Shown here piece by piece: positions 57,148-64,000 of a stretch of 64,000 bases of DNA. The notes under the pieces were generated by a model. The model was not told the origin of the DNA. It saw only the letters and a program-made list of their open reading frames with translations, and ran no database searches. Made by a program: the position numbers and the translations under genes. Position 1 is the first letter of the stretch. Each line of letters begins with the position of its first letter. Source of the DNA: Candidatus Kerfeldbacteria bacterium. Its GTDB lineage: Bacteria; Patescibacteriota; Patescibacteriia; UBA10025; JAHIVO01. The stretch covers positions 713,041 to 777,040 of the forward strand of contig CP181398.1 in assembly GCA_047946875.1 (NCBI GenBank), written 5' to 3'.

Positions 57148-58855
57148 CTGCTGGTGGTGGAATGTTTACACAATTTGTACTTGTAGTATTAATTGTGACA
57201 TCAACCATTCCACTTGTAGTTGATAAATCAGCGTCATCATAAACTACAGCGTATACTTGGCGAACACGTGTTGTTGTTGTTGTTGTACAATTTTGATTAC
57301 CAATAATTTCCGCCTTAGCAACTGGGATAAAAGGCAATTTAAAATTACTTGTCTCAGCTGCATATTTTTCCATCGCCTCATCAAGATAAGTGATTGTACT
57401 GGCTCCAATTCCAAAAATAATTGATAAATCAGACGCCGGTACTGCTGGCGTATTCTCTGCCAAAGGTCCAGAACCACCATTTTTATAAATTTCAACCTGA
57501 ATCACAAGACCATCGTCAGACGAATCTGACTTAAACCTAATAGTATCACCATTATCATAATCACCTACATATTGCGCACCTGCATCATCAACATCCATAA
57601 ATGCATTAATTACAGGAGCTGAATTTGGCATATTCAATTCTACCTCTACTGGTGCGCTTGTAGTAAAATTCGTCCCATCGCCAGCTACTGCGGTTAGAGT
57701 GCTTACACCGTTTGGTAATACTAAAGTCTCCCAATATTCACCTGGATTATTAAGTGAATCATATTCATATAACTGAGTACTTTGAGGACTGCCATCAATA
57801 AAATATTCTACCTGTTGAACATTAGTCTCATCCGTTGCCAATGCCTTAACAATAATAGTATCACTAGTAAAAGGTTGATTAGGATCAATTGTTCTATCTA
57901 ATGGACTAATAATGCTAACTACCGGTGGAATAGTATCTGCTGAAGCTGCAACAGTCAGTACTAATGTTTGAGTATCAGTAGGAACGGTAGCAGCATTGGT
58001 AGCACTAATAGTTACACTATATGGTGATAGTCCACTTGTCCCTGCATCCAAAATTCCAGAAATGATACCTGTAGTTGTATTAATATCTAAATTTACTGGT
58101 AAACCAACTGCATTAAAACTTGTAGGAATATTATCAGCTACAATCTGATAATGAAAATCATTTCCTTCTTCTCCACTAGCAGTCAATGAACTAGAAATAA
58201 CTGGGGTGACATCAGAAGTAGAAGTATATTCACAAACTGATGGACAAGACGTTGTATTACAAACTCCATTTGTACCAGATGTACACTCAAGGTCATCGAT
58301 ACATTCATCTACCATACAAACCGTATTACAACACTTATCTGAAGCATTGGAGCCACATTCAGCATTAGAAGTGCATCCAGTTGGTGCACCTGCGGTATTA
58401 TCTACTACCACAGTTCCTACAGCTGTATCAGTATTAAAGTTGCCTAAACGATCTTGCATTTTAACAGATATTGAATATGTATCACTGGCTAACGAACCAG
58501 AATTCCAAACACCACCATAAATTCCATCTCCTTCAATAGCATCCCCACCAGCTACCCCATTGTCATACAAAATTGTTGTATCTACTAATGTTCCATTACT
58601 ACTTTTTATCAATGTTTCTACTGAAGCTATACCAGAAATATCTTCAACACCAACTGAAAATTCAACATCTTCATTCTGTCCGATAGTTACTGGTGCCACC
58701 GTAAAAGAAGCATTAATAATAGTAGGTCCACCAAATGGATTATCAGTAACTTCAAAACTAGGTGTAGTTGATATAGCTGACACGGTATATGCTACTAAAG
58801 ATACACCGATAACAACAATCAGCACGATTAATAAGTTTAATTTTTTCATATGCAT
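57134..58855 (-). CDS. Secreted Cys-rich beta-rich protein (573 aa), Ig-like/BIg domains suspected
   Basis: Signal peptide. A cysteine cluster (CTSNAECGSNASDKCCNTVCMVDEC...). No catalytic motif. Confidence 0.5.
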   Translation of the reverse strand: MHMKKLNLLIVLIVVIGVSLVAYTVSAISTTPSFEVTDNPFGGPTIINASFTVAPVTIGQNEDVEFSVGVEDISGIASVETLIKSSNGTLVDTTILYDNGVAGGDAIEGDGIYGGVWNSGSLASDTYSISVKMQDRLGNFNTDTAVGTVVVDNTAGAPTGCTSNAECGSNASDKCCNTVCMVDECIDDLECTSGTNGVCNTTSCPSVCEYTSTSDVTPVISSSLTASGEEGNDFHYQIVADNIPTSFNAVGLPVNLDINTTTGIISGILDAGTSGLSPYSVTISATNAATVPTDTQTLVLTVAASADTIPPVVSIISPLDRTIDPNQPFTSDTIIVKALATDETNVQQVEYFIDGSPQSTQLYEYDSLNNPGEYWETLVLPNGVSTLTAVAGDGTNFTTSAPVEVELNMPNSAPVINAFMDVDDAGAQYVGDYDNGDTIRFKSDSSDDGLVIQVEIYKNGGSGPLAENTPAVPASDLSIIFGIGASTITYLDEAMEKYAAETSNFKLPFIPVAKAEIIGNQNCTTTTTTRVRQVYAVVYDDADLSTTSGMVDVTINTTSTNCVNIPPPAGAGA

Positions 58856-59144
58856 TTCGTTAATTATTATTTATTTAATTAATTTTTATATATTTAATTA
58901 ACTATATTATACAATAAATCCAATAAATTATAAACATCATTTTATATACATCCCTGATCCAACATATAACATGATATATCTACACTCGGACAAGCCAAAT
59001 CCTCCGAATCACTTAAACTACATTCCTATAACAGAGATCCTATAGTATCCCCCACAAGTTATAGCAGTACCACACCAGCCACCAAAGTGATTATTATTTT
59101 ACTACTTACAAGTTTATTTTTCTACTAATAAATATCCCTTTGAT

Positions 59145-62100
59145 TTATAAAACTAATAAAAATTGTGCACCACTGGCACCAGCTAGATTTCCTGTGATAT
59201 TCCAGTCTGCACCTCCGTTAGTTGATTTAAAAATATCACCACTGGCACCAGTTCCCGCGTAAATTGAATTGCCAATTTCTGTTAAAAAGAATACACCGGT
59301 AGCGCCAGCTAGATTTCCTGTGATATTCCAGTCTGCACCTCCGTTAGTTGATTTAAAAATATCACCATTATTAGAAGTTCCGGCGTAAATTGCACCTCCG
59401 ATTTCTAGTAAAGAGTATACACGAGTAGCGCCAGCTAGATTTCCTGTGATATTCCAGTCTGCACCTCCGTTAGTTGATTTAAAAATATCACCATCAGGAC
59501 TAGTTCCCGCGTAAATTGCACCTCCGGTTTCTAGTAAAGAATATATAGTATTAGCGCCAGCTAGATTTCCTGTGATATTCCAGTTCGCACCTCCATCAGT
59601 TGATTTAAAGATACCACCATTAACACCAGTTCCCACGTAAATTGCACCTCCGGTTTCTAGTAAAGAATGTGCACCACCACTAGCACCAGTTATATTTCCT
59701 GCGATATTCCAGTCTGTACCTCCGTTAGTTGATTTAAAAACAACACTATTTGGACTAGTTCCCGCGTAAATTGCACCTCCGGTTTCTAATAAAGAATATA
59801 CAGTAATAGCGCCAGCTAGGTTTCCTGTGATATTCCAGTTCGCACCTCCATTAGTTGATTTAAAAACAACACTATTTGGAGTAGTTCCCGCGTAAATTGC
59901 ACCTCCGGTTTCTAGTAAAGAATATACTTCATTAGCGCCAGCTAGATTTCCAATATTATTCCAGTTCGCACCTCCGTCAGTTGATTTAAAGATACCACCA
60001 TTAGGTCTCGTAGCTGCAAGTAATATAGGGCAATCAAGCGGGCAATTAGCATTATTTTCACCTGGTTCGCAAATACCGTTGGGACAGACCGGTCCAAAAA
60101 TCGAAAGCGTTAGCCAGTTAGTATCAGCACCACATGCGTTAGTAGCCGTAACGCTACGAGTTTGAATAATTGCTGCTGTTGGAGTACCGGAGATTACACC
60201 CGAAGTGGCATTAAGGCTTAACCCAGCAGGCAAAGGCACAACTGAGAGACTATATGTAATTGGTAGAGTGCCCTGAGAAATAGTAATACCATAAGAAAAT
60301 GAAACACCTACTGTACCAGTAGCGCTTTGTGTATTAACAACAGGAGCGATACAGGCAGCTAGTGGTGGAATTGTGCCAGTAGTAATTGATAATATACCAT
60401 CAACACCCATTGTACTGACATTAGCCAATTGATTCCAATTAGTTCCATTATTATAGGAACTATATATCCACGAATGTCCTACCATTCCATCTGTGGCCGC
60501 AAAAAGAGTGTCAACACTATCTTTGGTAAATTTATTTACCACAAATGCATTAGTTGTGTTAAAATCCTCTCTCAAATCCCAAGATGCACCAAAATTATCT
60601 GAAGTAAAAATATCTTCAGCACTACAGCAACCACCGGTTATAACACGATTATTTGAAAAGAATAATGTTTCAATATTTTGTGTCAAACTGACATTTGGAG
60701 TGGGAGCCCAGGCAATACCATCATCAGAATATATTACTTCTTGGCGTGACACCCCTCCACCAGCATATAAACGTCCATTTCCTTCTATAATACTATATGC
60801 ATGAAAGCCTACTCCCAAAGTTGGAAAACTTGTCACCTCTGTCCAATTAGCTCCCTCATCATTTGAATGAAAAACTACTCCACCATTATGAGTTGTAAGG
60901 TATATATCCACTGGACCAATAGTTGCTATACCTGTAACCCCTTGTCTTCCTATTGCATTAGTCATTTGAATCCAAGTTGTTCCATTATTAAGAGAACGAT
61001 AAAAATTTTGTCCAGCTCTAGACCCTATATATAATATTCCACCTCTTTCATGTATATCTGCAAATTGCGTTTCCCCTGGATCTAATCCTGTTGAAGCCGT
61101 CCAAGAACCCCCTCCATCATCTGAATAAAATATTTGACCATTCAAACCAGTAGCAGCTAATATTCTATTTCCTGAAATTAATAAATCGTAAACATGAGTA
61201 ACGCCTGGCAAATCACCAGTATTAACCCATGTCGCTCCACCATCATCTGACCTCAAGACATCTCCATTTGGATAAGTTCCAACTAATAAAGGACCACCAA
61301 CTACAAGTGGACAATCATTATCAGTTGCAAATGTACATCCCAATCCTGCAGGACAACATCCATTGCTGGCAACCTGACATGCACAATCTGGATCTTCAAC
61401 AATAGTACACGTAGGAGGACAACCACCACCACACCCATTAGGAACACAAACAGGGGCACCACATGCACCAGCCACACTAGGTATATTATCATAAAAACTA
61501 ATATTACCAGCGTTATCTTCTGCTATCACGTCTACATAAAATGTTGTATTTGAAATATCAGAAGTCCAAACACCTTCAAAAATATTATCTAAGTCTGGGT
61601 CTGTCATTGCTACAGGATTATTAGCACTAATTACTGATATTCCATCAGGATTTTGTAATACTGCTTGTACACTAGCTATACCATCAGCGTCTGTAACCTC
61701 AGCCCTAAAACAAAAGTCAGTGCCTGTACCACCAGTAGGCGGATTAACAGTTGGCATGATAATTTGAGGTCCACCATTTCCTCTAACATTAACCAATATT
61801 TCAATACTTTCACTCCTATTCCCAGCTGTATCTACTGCCTCTGCTTGAATAGAATGCCAACCATCAGTCAATACATCTGTATTAATAGCATATGAGTATG
61901 GAACCAACGGATCAACAAACTGTCGATGATAATCAATATAGAAATTTACATGCTGAACACCACGATTATCATTAGCGTCTACTTCAATATCTATATCACC
62001 AACTACCGCTGTACCATAAATTGGCGTTGGTGGATGTATAAAAGATATTGTTGGCGCGATCTTATCATTCATCTCATTATCTACAGGAATAGTTATAGTA

Positions 62101-63986
62101 GCACTACCAATATTCCCATACATATCATATGCATCTATCCGAATATCATGCTCTTCATTAAGATACCCTAAGGTGTCCCATTCCCAAGTCCATTGATTGT
62201 TAGCAACATGAGTTGCATTACCTCGGAAAATATTATCAACAAAAACTTGAACATAATCAATCCAATTCAAATCATCTACTGTAATATCTATATCAATTAC
62301 ATCTTTTCTTTGACATATTATTCCAGCTCCACATGGAGTAACTTGATTACAAGGCGGGCCAACACCTGAACAAGTACCCGGAATATTACCAATAGTAACT
62401 ACTGGAGCAGTAGTATCAAAATTTTCTACCTTTACAAAAATAGTTTTAGTAGAAACAAGCGTTGTGTTATCTGTCGCCGTAGCTATAAGTGTATAAATAC
62501 CATTTGGCGTATCTGGAGCAATTGGTGGACCAGTACAATCCCCAACAGTATCCCAAAGGTGTGTACCAGAATATGGATTTGATAATCCTCCAAACACATG
62601 AAGGGCACAAGGAGTTTCTACCCCATCACTATCAAACGCATGTATTTCTACACCTATAATACCGCCATCATCAGAAGCGACAACATCTATTGGTACAGTC
62701 CCCGTAATAGTCTGACCATCTGCCAAAGAAATAATATCAATGAAAGGAGGATTGTTAACAACTCCAGAATTATTTATTACTAAAGTATATGTAGGGCTAT
62801 TGCTCCAATTTCCAACATTGTCATATGCTTTTAATAGTAAACTATGATTACCATCAACATACTCATTAGAAATAAAATTCCATGACCAACTAGCAGGATC
62901 ATCATCTGTATACTTGTATTGACCATCGATATAAAATTCTACTTTAGCTACACCCGTAGCTGTAGCAATAGGCAGATCAGTCAAAATAACTTCTACGGCC
63001 TGTGTTCCATTAACATTATTAAAAATATTAGCTACCGGAGCAACAGTATTTAAAGTAACCGCATCAAACTGAGGACCAACACGATCTGTGATCGTCCCAG
63101 TAACATTCTTAAAATAATTAAAACAATTACAATCTGCATTAGTAAAAGAACTGCATGGATCAAACACTCCAGCCAAACCGATATTCCAAGTATTGAATCC
63201 CCCATATATTAAGTATTCTAAATGTCCATAAAGATCTACATTCTTACCATCTGGAGATACTATATATTGATAAGTATAAGAATTTGAAGGGCAGAAATAT
63301 TCTTGATTTGTATCATCCCAACAAGTACTTGTATTAAAAGGTGCTAAACAAATATCAAAAATATTATAAGGATCAGTCGGCATACTCAATCCAAGACTTG
63401 AGCCCAACTTATCACTCCAAGAAGGCCAACCTGAAGAAGTAAGATTTTTGATATAAGTACCTCCTTCTAGTTTTGGAAATTCTCCATTTATTTCTTTATA
63501 TTCCAAAGCGCCAGTATAAATGTCATTAAGATCACTAACTCTCTTCATATCTCGATGCATTTTTTCTTTATTAGTATCTGTATCATTAATAGTAAATTTC
63601 CAATTAGCTAACAATGCATTATAAATACTTAATGTTTCAGCAGAAGCTCCTTCGTTATATGAAATCAAATATAATTGTGGGTATAAGGCATCTCCAACCT
63701 GTGCTGCACCGTCAAAACCAGTACCTGAGATATTCCAAGCTGCTACATATACTGTTCTACCTGACCTGATCGCGTTATATCCATCCACTACAATATCTTG
63801 TGGGGCTGGGGCAGCAGAACCAAAATGATTAAAATACCATTCTCTAGCTGACTTACCTTCTTCATTTTCATAAACCCTAATACCAATCGCATCGTCTGAC
63901 AAATCTCGTAAGAAGAAAAATTCTTTTAATAATTCATCCACCCCAATAGTACTAGGTGTACCTTCATGAACCACCGTATCAATCAC
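59145..63986 (-). CDS. Giant surface protein (at least 1613 aa) with Ig-like domains, BNR/Asp-box beta-propeller repeats and six C-terminal tandem ~43-aa repeats
   Basis: Asp-box motifs SxDGGxxW/NW (SDDGGATW, STDGGANW, STNGGADW). C-terminal repeats FKSTNGGADWNITGNLAGA..YSLLE.GGAIYAGT. The ORF start lies 14 nt from the window end, so the gene may extend further upstream. Confidence 0.7.
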   Translation of the reverse strand: MIDTVVHEGTPSTIGVDELLKEFFFLRDLSDDAIGIRVYENEEGKSAREWYFNHFGSAAPAPQDIVVDGYNAIRSGRTVYVAAWNISGTGFDGAAQVGDALYPQLYLISYNEGASAETLSIYNALLANWKFTINDTDTNKEKMHRDMKRVSDLNDIYTGALEYKEINGEFPKLEGGTYIKNLTSSGWPSWSDKLGSSLGLSMPTDPYNIFDICLAPFNTSTCWDDTNQEYFCPSNSYTYQYIVSPDGKNVDLYGHLEYLIYGGFNTWNIGLAGVFDPCSSFTNADCNCFNYFKNVTGTITDRVGPQFDAVTLNTVAPVANIFNNVNGTQAVEVILTDLPIATATGVAKVEFYIDGQYKYTDDDPASWSWNFISNEYVDGNHSLLLKAYDNVGNWSNSPTYTLVINNSGVVNNPPFIDIISLADGQTITGTVPIDVVASDDGGIIGVEIHAFDSDGVETPCALHVFGGLSNPYSGTHLWDTVGDCTGPPIAPDTPNGIYTLIATATDNTTLVSTKTIFVKVENFDTTAPVVTIGNIPGTCSGVGPPCNQVTPCGAGIICQRKDVIDIDITVDDLNWIDYVQVFVDNIFRGNATHVANNQWTWEWDTLGYLNEEHDIRIDAYDMYGNIGSATITIPVDNEMNDKIAPTISFIHPPTPIYGTAVVGDIDIEVDANDNRGVQHVNFYIDYHRQFVDPLVPYSYAINTDVLTDGWHSIQAEAVDTAGNRSESIEILVNVRGNGGPQIIMPTVNPPTGGTGTDFCFRAEVTDADGIASVQAVLQNPDGISVISANNPVAMTDPDLDNIFEGVWTSDISNTTFYVDVIAEDNAGNISFYDNIPSVAGACGAPVCVPNGCGGGCPPTCTIVEDPDCACQVASNGCCPAGLGCTFATDNDCPLVVGGPLLVGTYPNGDVLRSDDGGATWVNTGDLPGVTHVYDLLISGNRILAATGLNGQIFYSDDGGGSWTASTGLDPGETQFADIHERGGILYIGSRAGQNFYRSLNNGTTWIQMTNAIGRQGVTGIATIGPVDIYLTTHNGGVVFHSNDEGANWTEVTSFPTLGVGFHAYSIIEGNGRLYAGGGVSRQEVIYSDDGIAWAPTPNVSLTQNIETLFFSNNRVITGGCCSAEDIFTSDNFGASWDLREDFNTTNAFVVNKFTKDSVDTLFAATDGMVGHSWIYSSYNNGTNWNQLANVSTMGVDGILSITTGTIPPLAACIAPVVNTQSATGTVGVSFSYGITISQGTLPITYSLSVVPLPAGLSLNATSGVISGTPTAAIIQTRSVTATNACGADTNWLTLSIFGPVCPNGICEPGENNANCPLDCPILLAATRPNGGIFKSTDGGANWNNIGNLAGANEVYSLLETGGAIYAGTTPNSVVFKSTNGGANWNITGNLAGAITVYSLLETGGAIYAGTSPNSVVFKSTNGGTDWNIAGNITGASGGAHSLLETGGAIYVGTGVNGGIFKSTDGGANWNITGNLAGANTIYSLLETGGAIYAGTSPDGDIFKSTNGGADWNITGNLAGATRVYSLLEIGGAIYAGTSNNGDIFKSTNGGADWNITGNLAGATGVFFLTEIGNSIYAGTGASGDIFKSTNGGADWNITGNLAGASGAQFLLVL
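59170..59990. repeat. Tandem DNA repeat, ~129-bp period, about 6 units, within the giant surface protein gene
   Basis: Near-identical blocks (ccggtagcgccagctagatttcctgtgatattccagtctgcacctccgttagttgatttaaaaatatcacc...) recur every ~129 nt. Confidence 0.8.
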
Positions 63987-64000
63987 TAGTTTTAAGGTTG

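Noticed and set aside
1-64000. CRISPR arrays and cas genes
   Set aside because: No regularly spaced short direct repeats with unique spacers were found. The only tandem repeats are the coding 129-bp repeats at 59.2-60.0 kb and the 16-mer duplication at 18.5 kb.

Overview
This is an AT-rich (~30% GC) bacterial chromosomal segment. Several traits point tentatively to a small-genome, CPR/Patescibacteria-like organism: the ComEC MBL domain encoded as a separate ORF, N/T-rich low-complexity linkers, giant surface proteins, and B12 use without B12 synthesis. The standard genetic code appears to be in use. The housekeeping backbone is recognisable by conserved motifs: ileS, recO, argS, smpB, infC-rpmI-rplT, glmS, prfB, glnA, nrdR, nrdJ, a cob(I)alamin adenosyltransferase, ftsA-ftsZ, dgkA, ybeY, and ComEC as two adjacent ORFs. 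A tmRNA gene (ssrA, 16035-16437) lies immediately downstream of smpB, and a tRNA-Asp(GTC) lies at 17737-17813. Partial copies of the tRNA-Asp ends flank it, which looks like att-site debris. Directly downstream of this tRNA is a GC-elevated (~40-45%) modular island (~18.0-25.3 kb). Four of its genes (ASKHA kinase, PurH, PurC, 460-aa unknown) each carry their own TTGACn-17-TAnnnT promoter; the membrane-protein gene carries a looser TTGACT-17-TAAGCT. Each of the five sits between intrinsic terminators. I consider this island the best candidate for an undescribed acquired system. A second GC-rich insertion (DUF47 plus Pit phosphate transporter) sits at 6.1-7.9 kb. Other notable content: a tight minus-strand operon of PRTase-like, GNAT, LOG-family, AstE/AspA-like and a radical-SAM-like enzyme with atypical Cys spacing; two SPFH/band-7 proteins with a small NfeD-like membrane protein and a lectin-like membrane protein; an IS200/RAYT-like Y1 transposase flanked by ~80-bp repeats carrying a CACCCTAAAGGGTG palindrome; and several very large repeat-rich secreted proteins (NHL, FG-GAP, BNR/Asp-box, TSP3-like). 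No CRISPR array and no rRNA were seen.
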